Origin: an uncultured bacterium
GTDB lineage: Bacteria > Verrucomicrobiota > Verrucomicrobiia > Verrucomicrobiales > DEV007
Direction of reading: 5' to 3'
Assembly: GCA_963977015.1 (NCBI GenBank)
Contig: CAXBMO010000002.1
Coordinates: 256,001 to 320,000 of the forward strand
Length of the DNA stretch: 64,000 bases
Shown: positions 38,222-47,954 of the stretch, piece after piece
How positions within the stretch are numbered: position 1 is the stretch's first letter
How the letters are laid out: every line of letters starts with the position of its first letter
Translations under genes and position numbers: made by a program
Notes under the pieces: generated by a model
The model's input: only the letters and a program-made list of their open reading frames with translations
What the model was told of the DNA's origin: nothing
Databases searched by the model: none

Positions 38222-39628
38222 ATGAACATAACGCACACCACGGAGGAGGGATTGAATCTTCCTTCCACTCGTCGCAACTTCCTGAGAAATTCTTCTCTTG
38301 GGTTTGGCTCACTAGCTCTTTCCGGGCTTTTGGGACAACAGCAAGCCAAGGCGTCGCTTTACCAGTCCCCGTTTGCTCCCAAGCGGGCTCATCACGCCCC
38401 GAAGGCGAAGCGAATCATCTTCCTGTGCATGAAAGGCGGTCCATCGCACATGGACATGTTCGACTACAAACCCCGACTCCAGGCTGACGACAACAAGCCG
38501 GTCAACAAAGACGGCAAGACGCGCTATCGCGGCTCCCTCTGGAATTTTTCGCAGCACGGACAGAGTGGCATGTGGTTCAGCGAACTACTTCCGAACCTCG
38601 CGACCCAGGCGGATCAACTCTGCATGTTGAACGGGATGGTCTCGGAAAATCCCGAACACGCTCAGGCACTGGATTTGCTCCATACCGGCAGTTTTCAGTT
38701 CGCCCGCCCGTCCATGGGCTCCTGGGTGCTCTACGGCCTGGGCTCCATGAACCAGGATCTCCCAGGATTCGTGACGATCAACCCACCAAGTGCATTGGGC
38801 GGCTCGAAATATTACGGCAACGCCTTTTTGCCGGCCGCTTATCAGGGAACGCCAATTGGTGGAGACAACAAGGCTCTCGCCAACGTGCAGGTCAGCAATC
38901 TTGAAAACCATCGCCTCAATCGGAAGCAGCAGCGTCAAAAGCTGGATGCGCTCCAGGCATTGAATCGCCAGCTTCTTGAAAAACGTGGTCAATCCTCGCA
39001 GCTCGAAGGCGTGATCGAGTCCTTCGAACTTGCGTTCCGGATGCAGAACGTTCTTCCCGAAGTCATGGACATTTCCGGTGAATCGGAGGCGACCAAGAAA
39101 CTCTACGGAATGGATCAGCCGGCATCGAAGAACTTTGGTCATCAGTGCCTGTTGGCCCGACGCATGGCCGAAGCCGATGTGCGATTCATCCAACTGACCG
39201 ATGATGGCTGGGATCACCACGGCGGCTTGGCCAATGGCCTTCCCCGTCGCTGCGCGTCAATCGACAAACCGATTGCCGGGCTCCTCACGGACCTTCGCCA
39301 ACGCGGATTGCTGGAGGACACCTTGATCGTCTGGGGCGGCGAGTTTGGACGGACGCCAGATGATGGAACGCGGGACGGGCGGGGTCACAACGCCACCGGA
39401 TTCACCATGTTCATGGCGGGTGCCGGCGTGAAACACGGCTTTAAGTATGGAAAGACCGACGCTCACGGCCGCAAGGCTGTCGAGGGTCAAATCGGGATTC
39501 ACGATCTCCACGCCACGATGTTGCACCTGCTCGGGCTCGATCACGAGCAACTGACGTATCCATGGGCGGGTCGCGATTTCCGCCTGACCGACGTTCATGG
39601 CCGCGTGGTTCGCGAAATTCTGGCCTAA
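38222..39628 (+). CDS. DUF1501 domain protein (Tat-exported, sulfatase-fold)
   Basis: TRRNFL signal, AKRIIFLCMKGGPSHMDMFDYKP, RPSMGSW..YGLG, WDHH, GEFGRTP and FRLTDVHG. Confidence 0.93.
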   Translation: MNITHTTEEGLNLPSTRRNFLRNSSLGFGSLALSGLLGQQQAKASLYQSPFAPKRAHHAPKAKRIIFLCMKGGPSHMDMFDYKPRLQADDNKPVNKDGKTRYRGSLWNFSQHGQSGMWFSELLPNLATQADQLCMLNGMVSENPEHAQALDLLHTGSFQFARPSMGSWVLYGLGSMNQDLPGFVTINPPSALGGSKYYGNAFLPAAYQGTPIGGDNKALANVQVSNLENHRLNRKQQRQKLDALQALNRQLLEKRGQSSQLEGVIESFELAFRMQNVLPEVMDISGESEATKKLYGMDQPASKNFGHQCLLARRMAEADVRFIQLTDDGWDHHGGLANGLPRRCASIDKPIAGLLTDLRQRGLLEDTLIVWGGEFGRTPDDGTRDGRGHNATGFTMFMAGAGVKHGFKYGKTDAHGRKAVEGQIGIHDLHATMLHLLGLDHEQLTYPWAGRDFRLTDVHGRVVREILA

Positions 39629-40968
39629 CCGGAGCGGACCAGACAGGTCACCAATTGTGGAAAGATGATCACCAGGGTCAACGCGATCACCTGGATGATG
39701 ATGAATGGGATCACGCCGCGATAAATATCCGTCGTCTTGATTTCCGGCGGACAAACTCCCTTGAGGTAAAAGAGCGAAAAACCGAACGGCGGAGTCAGGA
39801 ACGACATCTGCAGATTCATCGCAATCATCACTCCGAACCAGGCGGGAGTAATGGCAAAATCGCCCAGCATCTCGCCAATAAACACATTGGCAATGAGGGG
39901 AACGACGATGAAGGAGATCTCAAAAAAGTCGATGAAGAAGCCCAGCAGGAAAATCGCCAGATTGGCGATGATCAGCGCTCCGATGATTCCGCCGGGCAGG
40001 TTCATCAGAACGTCCTCAATCCACCGGTCTCCACCATAGAGTTTGAAGACGAGAACGAACGTCGTGGAACCGATCAGCAGGAACATCACCATTGAAGTGA
40101 GCTTCATCGTGGCGAGCATGGTGTCGTTCAGGGCCATTCGGCTGAATCGCTTGTTCACCAACGCCAATCCCATGGCACCAACGGCGCCGAGGGCTCCAGC
40201 TTCCGTTGGGGTCGCGATTCCGGCAAAGATGGAACCGAGAACGATGATGATCAGCACCAGCGGTGGGAGCAAAACCAGGAGTGTCCTCCTGACCAATTGT
40301 GCCCCGGTCAGGTCTCGCTCCTCCTTTGGAATCGCAGGCGCAAAATTGGGCTTTACGATGCTCACCCCCAAAACATAAAGCCCAAACATCCCCGCCAACA
40401 TGATCCCCGGGATCAAGGCCCCTCGAAAAAGATCGCCAACGGAGGTTCCCAATTGTTGGGCCAAAACAATCAAAACGACACTGGGCGGGATAATTTGCCC
40501 AAGGGTTCCCGATGCGGCAATCACGCCGGTCGCCAATCCCTTGTTGTACTTGTAACGCAGCATGATCGGCAGCGAAATCATGCCCATCGCGACAACCGAT
40601 GCGCCGACGACCCCGGTCGCTGCGGCGAGCAACGCGCCCACGACAACGACAGCCAACCCAACCCCTCCCCGGGTCGAGCCGAACAGCTGCCCCACCGTTT
40701 GCAACAGATCCTCCGCGAGTCGGGACTTTTCGAGCATCGTCCCCATGAAGATAAAGAAGGGCACCGCCAGGAGGATCTGGTTCTTCATGATGTCGAAGAC
40801 CCGATGGGAAATCAACTGGAGCTGGGCGGGACGAATCTCATCGATCCCCAATCCAATCATGCCGAATGCCAACGCCGTTCCCCCCAACGAGAAGGCAACC
40901 GGGTAACCCGAGAAAATCAGGCCCATGGCACAAAGAAACATGATCGGGGCAATCCATTCAGGACTCAT
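39625..40968 (-). CDS. dctM: TRAP transporter large permease
   Basis: LAVPFFIFMG, ASGTLGQIIPPS, ATPTEAG and SFLTPPFG. Confidence 0.95.
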   Translation of the reverse strand: MSPEWIAPIMFLCAMGLIFSGYPVAFSLGGTALAFGMIGLGIDEIRPAQLQLISHRVFDIMKNQILLAVPFFIFMGTMLEKSRLAEDLLQTVGQLFGSTRGGVGLAVVVVGALLAAATGVVGASVVAMGMISLPIMLRYKYNKGLATGVIAASGTLGQIIPPSVVLIVLAQQLGTSVGDLFRGALIPGIMLAGMFGLYVLGVSIVKPNFAPAIPKEERDLTGAQLVRRTLLVLLPPLVLIIIVLGSIFAGIATPTEAGALGAVGAMGLALVNKRFSRMALNDTMLATMKLTSMVMFLLIGSTTFVLVFKLYGGDRWIEDVLMNLPGGIIGALIIANLAIFLLGFFIDFFEISFIVVPLIANVFIGEMLGDFAITPAWFGVMIAMNLQMSFLTPPFGFSLFYLKGVCPPEIKTTDIYRGVIPFIIIQVIALTLVIIFPQLVTCLVRSG

Positions 40969-41519
40969 GAAATCACCTCCCCCAGAGCTTCAGACTCCTG
41001 CTCGCCGGAAACGAGAGCGAGCCCGTTTTTGATCACTTCCGAAATTCCCTGCAGCATCAGCAAGAGAAAGGCGACCGGCAGCATCGTGATGATGGTATAA
41101 ACCGGCAATCCACCGGGATCGGGCGATTGTTCGAGCTCCCGCCACGAACCGATGAATTTGGGCCAGCAAACCCAAAGCATGAACAGGCAAAACGGGATCA
41201 GAAACACGACGTGCCCAACCAGATTCACCCACAAGCGCTTTCGAAGGCTCAACCGGTCGTACAACACGTCGACGCGGACATGTGAATTCTGCTGAAGGGT
41301 GTAGGCAGCTCCCAGGAGAAAAATGGTGGCGAAGAGATGCCACTGAAGCTCAATGATCGTGTTGGAACTGAGTTCCAGTTGAAACACCTTCCCGAGTGAG
41401 CGCAGGACCGCATTCACCGCTCCAATGATGACGACGGCGAGCGTCAGCCAGGCCATGCCAATTCCAACCTTCCGGCTCAGCTGATCGATAAGGTTACTGA
41501 TGGTTCGAAGGATGCCCAT
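40965..41519 (-). CDS. dctQ: TRAP transporter small permease
   Basis: ELQWHLF, HVRVDVLY and EQSPDPGGLP; 4 TM segments; 4-bp overlap with dctM. Confidence 0.93.
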   Translation of the reverse strand: MGILRTISNLIDQLSRKVGIGMAWLTLAVVIIGAVNAVLRSLGKVFQLELSSNTIIELQWHLFATIFLLGAAYTLQQNSHVRVDVLYDRLSLRKRLWVNLVGHVVFLIPFCLFMLWVCWPKFIGSWRELEQSPDPGGLPVYTIITMLPVAFLLLMLQGISEVIKNGLALVSGEQESEALGEVIS

Positions 41520-41622
41520 GGCGGTTTGGGCGCATTGTCAGATGGCGATAACAGGGAATCAACTGCCAATTCGATCTTGCGCTGATCGACAATTTGCCGC
41601 AGGAACGTAAGATTCCGTTCCC

Positions 41623-44241
41623 ATGCCGAAAATCCCTCAACTTGTAGTCCTCATCCTGGTCGGATTGCTCCCCATCGGTTTGCAGGCCGCCCCCAGCGCG
41701 GAGATCAAGGTTAGAGCAACGTCTTACTACCTGGGGAGTCCCTTCAACTTCTACGTTCAAGTCAATGGCGTGAAGAGCGCCCCGCAGCCGGATTTGCTGG
41801 AAACCGACGCGCTCCAGATTCGCTATGTTGGCGCGGCTCCAAGCTCGAGAAACGGCATCGATTCGTTCACCTTCACCTACGAGGCGATTCCGCTGAAATC
41901 GGGTAGAGTCAACATCCCCGGTGGATTGGTTAGTGTTGGCAGTCAGGATGTTCCTTTTACGTTTTCCGAGATTGAGGTGAAGCTCCCCAAGCCCACCGAC
42001 GAGATGGAGCTGACGGTCGAACTTTCCAAAACCGAGTGTTACGTCGGCGAGCCGGTTACCCTGACGTTTCACTGGACCACCAATCTCTCCCTCAACGGCG
42101 TCAAGGCCGCGGACATCCGCATTCCCGCTCTCACCGACTACCAGTTTCGGGTTCGACCTCCCGTTGGCGAGTTCGACCCTAACGCGGATAATGCGATCGG
42201 CTTGCCGGTTTCCAACGAGCGGGTCATCGCACAGTACGAAGAGACGAATCGCAACCAAAAGCCCGCAGTTCGATTGACCTTCCAAAAAATCATCATCCCC
42301 ACCAAGAGCGGCGACCTCCCCCTCCTCATCAAACCTCCAACTCTGATGTGCTCGTTTGTTGAGCCTCGCGACGGCCGCTTCAAGGGCACGCGCTATCCCA
42401 GCTACTTCAACAATGAATTTTTTGATGAAGACGTTACCGGTAGTTATCAGCGTCTCATGGTTCAGGGACAGCCCACGATGCTTCAAGTCAAGCCGCTCCC
42501 CATCGAGGGAAAACCCTCCAATTTCAGCGGAATCATTGGCTCCTTCACGCTGGATGCCCAAGCCGATCCGTTGGTGGTCGAGGTGAATGAACCAATCACG
42601 TTGTCACTCGAAGCCAAAGGCCATCCCTATCCGCATCTTCTTGAACTGCCGCCCTTTTCCTCGCAGTCGGCCTTAACCCGAAGTTTTGCGATGCCGGCAG
42701 AACAGTCCAGACCCCGGCTCGTTGACGGCATCGCCTCCTTCAGCCAAACGCTTCGTCCGCTTCGGGAAAATGTCACCGCGATCCCCGCGTTGGAATTCAG
42801 CTTTTTTGATCCGGAAATCGGCAACTATGGAGTTGCGCGAACCGCCCCCATTTCCCTGACCGTTTCCCCGGTCACGGCGGTCAATATTCTGGATGCGGAA
42901 TTCAGCGATGGTTCGGCGCTCAAAAATGTGGTGGAGCCCCAACCCGGCGGCATTTTTGCGAACTACAGCGGCCCGGAACTTCTCATCAACCGAAAACCGG
43001 AAACCTGGGCCGCCAACGCCTTTGGCTGGGTTCTGGCCTGGATCCTCCCTCCCCTTCTCTTTGGCGCCTTGTGGTATGCGACGAAGAATCTCCGGCTCGC
43101 ACGCCACAACCCGGACCTGGCGAAGAAACGAAGAGCCTTCAGCCGCTTTCGCTTCTCACTCTGGAAACTCGGACCTGATCCGGACCCCAACGATTTGAGC
43201 CGGGCGCTGAAGAGCTACCTGGAGGAACGCTTTGATGTTCCCCACTTCGAAAGCGGCGCGAGAGAACTGAGAACCATCGCGGAACAAGTAAAGGTCGATC
43301 AACATGAAGCCGACATTCTCATCGGCCTGATCGATAGTTCTTCAGCAAGCGGTTACTCCAAGCATGACGTTGAGCCTCCTGCCGTTGGGCGCGAAGGGCT
43401 TCTGCAACTGGTGCGCAGGTTGGAAGTGCAGGCCGGTCGCGCCGCCGTTGTTGTCGTTGTTGTCGTTCTGGCCATGCTGACGGCAACGCAGGCGTTCGGT
43501 GAAAATGCTCCCGATACGTTGGCGGAAGCGGAGGAGTTTTTTGCGAAGGCCAATGAAACCGCGCTTGTTGATCCCGGCAAGGCGCAGAAGTTCTATGCCC
43601 TGGCCGCCGAGCGGTTTGAGAGTCTGCGAACCGACTTTCAGATTGAGAACGGAGAACTCTACGCAAATCTGGCGAACACCCACTTCCTGGCTGGCGACAT
43701 TGGGCGTTCGATTCTCAATCTTCGTCGCGCAGAGCGATTCCGTCCCAATGATTCCCAACTCGCCGAATCGCTTCACTATGTGCGAACGCAGCGAGTGGAT
43801 ATCTTTCCCGAGAAAACGACTTCACTCTTGGTTAGACGCCTCTTCTTCTGGCATTTCCTGTTCGAGCCGCGAACGCAGGTAAAAATTGTGGCTTTTCTCT
43901 TCGCGGGAATGTGGCTGGTCCTCGGCATTCACCTTCTGCGGCCGATCAATAACCGCTGGCAAATCATCGCGGGACTTGGAGGTGTGGCTGCGGTCTTGCT
44001 CATCTCACTTCTCATCCATGCCGGCCATGATCACCGTCGTGATGCGGTCATTGTTGAAGCTGAAGTCGTCGCGCGAAAAGGTGACTCCTTCGTCTATGAC
44101 CCAGCCTTTACCAATTCCCTCCATTCGGGGACGGAAGTCCGCATCCTGGAGCAACGCCGCGATTGGCTGCACGTCAGGACTCCGAACCAGAGCGACGGCT
44201 GGATTCCCGCGAGTAGCGCAGAACGGGTGCTCCCAAATTGA
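41623..44241 (+). CDS. BatD-like protein fused to a BatE-like TPR/SH3 module
   Basis: Signal peptide, YVGEPV, QVKPLP..GKP.NFSG.IG, FSFFDP..G.Y and a TM segment (BatD). Then TPR (LYANLANTHF..GDIGRSILNLRRA), 2 TM segments and LHSGTEVRILE..W..V...GWIP (SH3, BatE). Confidence 0.8.
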   Translation: MPKIPQLVVLILVGLLPIGLQAAPSAEIKVRATSYYLGSPFNFYVQVNGVKSAPQPDLLETDALQIRYVGAAPSSRNGIDSFTFTYEAIPLKSGRVNIPGGLVSVGSQDVPFTFSEIEVKLPKPTDEMELTVELSKTECYVGEPVTLTFHWTTNLSLNGVKAADIRIPALTDYQFRVRPPVGEFDPNADNAIGLPVSNERVIAQYEETNRNQKPAVRLTFQKIIIPTKSGDLPLLIKPPTLMCSFVEPRDGRFKGTRYPSYFNNEFFDEDVTGSYQRLMVQGQPTMLQVKPLPIEGKPSNFSGIIGSFTLDAQADPLVVEVNEPITLSLEAKGHPYPHLLELPPFSSQSALTRSFAMPAEQSRPRLVDGIASFSQTLRPLRENVTAIPALEFSFFDPEIGNYGVARTAPISLTVSPVTAVNILDAEFSDGSALKNVVEPQPGGIFANYSGPELLINRKPETWAANAFGWVLAWILPPLLFGALWYATKNLRLARHNPDLAKKRRAFSRFRFSLWKLGPDPDPNDLSRALKSYLEERFDVPHFESGARELRTIAEQVKVDQHEADILIGLIDSSSASGYSKHDVEPPAVGREGLLQLVRRLEVQAGRAAVVVVVVVLAMLTATQAFGENAPDTLAEAEEFFAKANETALVDPGKAQKFYALAAERFESLRTDFQIENGELYANLANTHFLAGDIGRSILNLRRAERFRPNDSQLAESLHYVRTQRVDIFPEKTTSLLVRRLFFWHFLFEPRTQVKIVAFLFAGMWLVLGIHLLRPINNRWQIIAGLGGVAAVLLISLLIHAGHDHRRDAVIVEAEVVARKGDSFVYDPAFTNSLHSGTEVRILEQRRDWLHVRTPNQSDGWIPASSAERVLPN

Positions 44242-44249
44242 TCTGAACC

Positions 44250-47200
44250 TCAACGGTCGAAAGCCAGCCGCAAGTCTCTTTCCGAATTCGAGTCGGCACT
44301 CAAACGTGAGGCGCTCAATCGCTCCTTCAACGAAGCGGCACGGTTCCGGATGTCATCCAGGTAAGCGACACTGTCAATCGGGCCACCCTTCTTCCATGGC
44401 TCCGCCAGCCGCTCGTAAACTCCATTGACGGTTGCCGCCTGGGCTTCACCAATGGCAACGCTATCCAAAAGAAGATACTCGCAAATAAAGAGCAACACCT
44501 GCCGGTCATCCCTGGTGATGGTTTCAAACTCTTCCCGTGCCTCGATAATGCGAAACAATGATTGGATCTCACCACCCGGCTTCGAAAACGCGGAGGCAGT
44601 TTGGAAATAGAGCGAATTCGGCATGTCTGCGACCATTCCCCGAGGATCCAACTCCCGCTTCGACATCATTTCGGCAGTCCAGAGCAAGCGATACTGGTAT
44701 CCCAAATAAAACCGGTTCATCGGATGATTCTCCTGGTCCCAACCAAGAAACTCCGCATTGGAAATCGCGGCCTCGAGTTCGATGCTTGCCCGCTTCAGGT
44801 CTCCGGAAATGAATAGGTGATAGTCCGCACGGCGCTCATGAAAGTTCGGAAGCGACTCACGCCAGGCGACACTGCCCAGATATCGTTTCTCTTGAGCGTT
44901 GGTCGACATGTGAATGGCCTTCGTCAAAGCCCGGTCCGCATTGTAGGCATTCCCTGAATAGTGCGCCGCCAGTGCCTGTAGCAAATGGCAACGGATATAT
45001 TCCTGGCAGACTTCCAGGTAGATCCCTTCACCTTCGTTTTCCCGCTCGGAATCGGGATCCGCATTCAAGTTCGAAAGCTGCGCCACGGTATCAATCAACT
45101 CGCGAATCCTGATGGAGTTCGCCGACATTTCCTCGCTCTTCCGCAACTCCCAATTCTCCAGATAATAGTGGGCTTTGAACTGGTTGATGACGGCGGCCAG
45201 CAGGTGATTCCCGGCACTCAACGTCACATCCCGTTCCACGATCAGTTCCTGAAACGAGACCGCTTCAAAGCACTGCCGCAAGAGGGACATCGCCGAGTCA
45301 AAATCGTCCACTGCAGAATTGGGATCCTTATCAACCAGGGAGTTCTCGGAGGCATTGCTATCGAATTTCGACCGGGTTTTGCATTCACCACGAAAAGCCA
45401 GGACGTAGGCATGCAGAAAGCGAAACTCTCGAACGTAGTCCAACGCCTCGACCGCAGAGAAGAGAGGATCCAGGCAGACATCGAACTTGCGCCGGTAGTA
45501 ATAAAGGCGCGCCCAATCCGAATAGCACAATCCTCGCAACCCCGTCAAAATCCGGGAATTGTCCCTCCCCTGCTTTTCCTCTTTCCGGTACAATTCGGTT
45601 GCCGTCCGAAAGGCAAAAATGGCTCGATCGTAATCATTTTCGCGTCCATCAAAGGCAGAAAGCGCGGTTTGGTACTTGCTTTGAAACTCAGAATCCGTCG
45701 CGCCTTCGTCGGGTGAGGGCTTGAGGCTCGTCAACAGATTCGCGATCAGATGCCAATCGGTCGCCCGGATCTGTTTGCCCTTTTTCTCAATGAGATCCGT
45801 AATAATATCATAGCAGGCACTCCTCCCCTTCTCTTTGTCGTAACTCTTCCGGTCATCCATCAAGGCACCCAGTTCCTGCAGTTGCCGGGCCATTTCTCCA
45901 TCTTCCGGAAGCCATTTCTCTTGCAGAGTTCGATAAAATTCCGGAGCTTTTTTCGAATCCAGGATCGATTGCTTCAAACCTTCAATCTCCTGCTTCTTCC
46001 CTTTTCTCCCGTCATAAATTGCCTTCCGTATTTCCGGGGTAAACCAGGGAGAAACCTCAAACCACCACGATTGGCCGTCGAGAGCCGGAGCCAGACTAAC
46101 GAACAAAGCCTGTTGCCGTTGAATCGGCTGCCGAATGGTTTGATCGAACAGCGAGAAACTCGCCAAAACGACGAGAACAAGCATCGCCGCCAACATCGCC
46201 AACCGATAGCGGGTGCGCAGCCGCGGCATCACTTCGAAAACTGATTCCGAGCGATCCTGAATCATCACCCGCGCGCCCTTCATCTGCTCAACCTTGAAAC
46301 GGCGATTCCACTCTCCAACATGGGTTCTCGCAGCTCCGGACAACCGGATGGCGCCAACCAATTCGGGATCGGGGAGAAACTCCAACGTTTCGCTCACCGC
46401 GGATCCCTCCGGCGGACCATTCTCTTTGTCGTTGATCAACCCAAAATGGACAGCGCCACCACATTTCCCCCCCGTTGCACGAAACACATCAATCACAAAA
46501 CCGACACCGTCTTCCACGCGATCAAAAGCAAAGATCCGCGTGGTCCGAGCTTCTTCCTTCGGCAGCGTGGCCTCCTTTCCGTTGTCCAACTCAAGCGCTT
46601 CCTGAATCGCGTCGCTGAAGCGCTGGATGGACTCCCCGTTGCTAACTGCCGCCAACGCTGCCGGCTTGAGGTGATTCTGGCCTTTTCCAAGACGAGGCAG
46701 CCGTGGTTCAACGCCGGGCGGACAGTATTCCCAAACCTCCACTTCTTTGACGATTCCCTTCAGGCTGTAGGATTTGTGCCGAAACACCTTTCCATAGACT
46801 TTGGGGTCACCAAGATCATCTTCGATGAGATGCGCGACAGATGGCGATAGAATGATCTGGTTGTCCTGAGACAAGTCGTTCAAGCGATGAACGCGGTCGA
46901 CAAAGCTCCCCTGGAGTCGCCCGGATGCGTTGCGCCGCACCTTCCCGCTGTCGATGGAGAGATGATAGCGAACTTGAGGGTAATCGTAGCCCTCAGGCGC
47001 CTCGATGTCATATTTGGGGTCGAGCAGCTCCGTCGCCCATTGCCGCGCGGAATGCGGATCCTCGAACGACAGGAAACAAGCGTCACCTGTCTGATCGACA
47101 ATCTTGCCCTTGTACTTCTTGGCAAGCGCATTGGTGTGCGCACGAAAGGGAACCAGGATTTGGCGTTCGTAATTTTCGAGCCGCTCTTCGGGACTACTGC

Positions 47201-47831
47201 CCATCAGCGGCTTGAGGTCGGTGGAATGCAGAATGTCGATCACGACAAGACTCAGCCGAACGATCTCACCGGCATCTTCCTGCGATTGCCCTACGTGTTG
47301 CGTGGAACGAAGCTCAAAAATCCGAGTCGGTTTACGCTCCTTCAGCAGTTGTTGGCGTCCCAGGAAGAGAATCTCCAACTCCCCCATTTCGGCGGATGCC
47401 AGGCTTTCCGCCACGTCCTCTTCAATGTAAATCTGGTTCGGCCCGGCTTTGGCCGCAAGCGCATCGGCATGGGGCACTCCTCGGAATTCGTCTTCGTTAT
47501 CTCTTCCCGCCGTGGTGGATATGCCGATGTAAAAATTGATTGGCTCAGTCGCCCCCTCGGGAACAACCTGGAGGCCACTCTTCCCGTTCCCGATCAGAAT
47601 TCGGGAAAAATTGAGGAGATTTTTGACCTCGGAAATTTCAACGACGAACGGACTTTCGCGGTTGGCCAGGGTGGCTTTGGATTCGGCGGAACAGAATTTC
47701 TGCAGTTGCTCCGAAACCTCCAGAATGACCTGCTCGCGATACGAATCCGCCTCCTTCGTCCTACCTCGTCGGTTTCGCAGGATTTCGGCATCGGCGATAT
47801 CGATTACGACGACGAAATTCTTATGGGCCAT
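44250..47831 (-). CDS. Membrane protein with tandem class III nucleotide-cyclase-like domains and a large extracytoplasmic helical/TPR-like region
   Basis: Central domain VVIDILHST...IVDQTGDACF...LSIDSG...QGSFVDRVHRL...QIILS...SLKGI..VEVWE, flanked by two degenerate copies; TM segment at about aa 544-562. Confidence 0.75.
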   Translation of the reverse strand: MAHKNFVVVIDIADAEILRNRRGRTKEADSYREQVILEVSEQLQKFCSAESKATLANRESPFVVEISEVKNLLNFSRILIGNGKSGLQVVPEGATEPINFYIGISTTAGRDNEDEFRGVPHADALAAKAGPNQIYIEEDVAESLASAEMGELEILFLGRQQLLKERKPTRIFELRSTQHVGQSQEDAGEIVRLSLVVIDILHSTDLKPLMGSSPEERLENYERQILVPFRAHTNALAKKYKGKIVDQTGDACFLSFEDPHSARQWATELLDPKYDIEAPEGYDYPQVRYHLSIDSGKVRRNASGRLQGSFVDRVHRLNDLSQDNQIILSPSVAHLIEDDLGDPKVYGKVFRHKSYSLKGIVKEVEVWEYCPPGVEPRLPRLGKGQNHLKPAALAAVSNGESIQRFSDAIQEALELDNGKEATLPKEEARTTRIFAFDRVEDGVGFVIDVFRATGGKCGGAVHFGLINDKENGPPEGSAVSETLEFLPDPELVGAIRLSGAARTHVGEWNRRFKVEQMKGARVMIQDRSESVFEVMPRLRTRYRLAMLAAMLVLVVLASFSLFDQTIRQPIQRQQALFVSLAPALDGQSWWFEVSPWFTPEIRKAIYDGRKGKKQEIEGLKQSILDSKKAPEFYRTLQEKWLPEDGEMARQLQELGALMDDRKSYDKEKGRSACYDIITDLIEKKGKQIRATDWHLIANLLTSLKPSPDEGATDSEFQSKYQTALSAFDGRENDYDRAIFAFRTATELYRKEEKQGRDNSRILTGLRGLCYSDWARLYYYRRKFDVCLDPLFSAVEALDYVREFRFLHAYVLAFRGECKTRSKFDSNASENSLVDKDPNSAVDDFDSAMSLLRQCFEAVSFQELIVERDVTLSAGNHLLAAVINQFKAHYYLENWELRKSEEMSANSIRIRELIDTVAQLSNLNADPDSERENEGEGIYLEVCQEYIRCHLLQALAAHYSGNAYNADRALTKAIHMSTNAQEKRYLGSVAWRESLPNFHERRADYHLFISGDLKRASIELEAAISNAEFLGWDQENHPMNRFYLGYQYRLLWTAEMMSKRELDPRGMVADMPNSLYFQTASAFSKPGGEIQSLFRIIEAREEFETITRDDRQVLLFICEYLLLDSVAIGEAQAATVNGVYERLAEPWKKGGPIDSVAYLDDIRNRAASLKERLSASRLSADSNSERDLRLAFDR

Positions 47832-47895
47832 TGGTGGGAATCATAGTTTGCCTCCCCTGATGGTTGCAACCGAAAAGCCGGAACTTCACACTTCT

Positions 47896-47932
47896 AAAAA
47901 AGGAAGAAGCCCGGCCTATCCGACCGGGCTTC
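47896..47932 (-). terminator. Rho-independent terminator downstream of the DUF547 gene
   Basis: GAAGCCCGG/CCGGGCTTC stem with a T-run on the minus strand. Confidence 0.7.
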
Positions 47933-47954
47933 CGCCATAACAGCACACACAAAG

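Noticed and set aside
44250-47831. Pycsar/CBASS anti-phage system
   Set aside because: No adjacent cNMP-binding effector or other defence genes; the receptor-like topology favours signalling.
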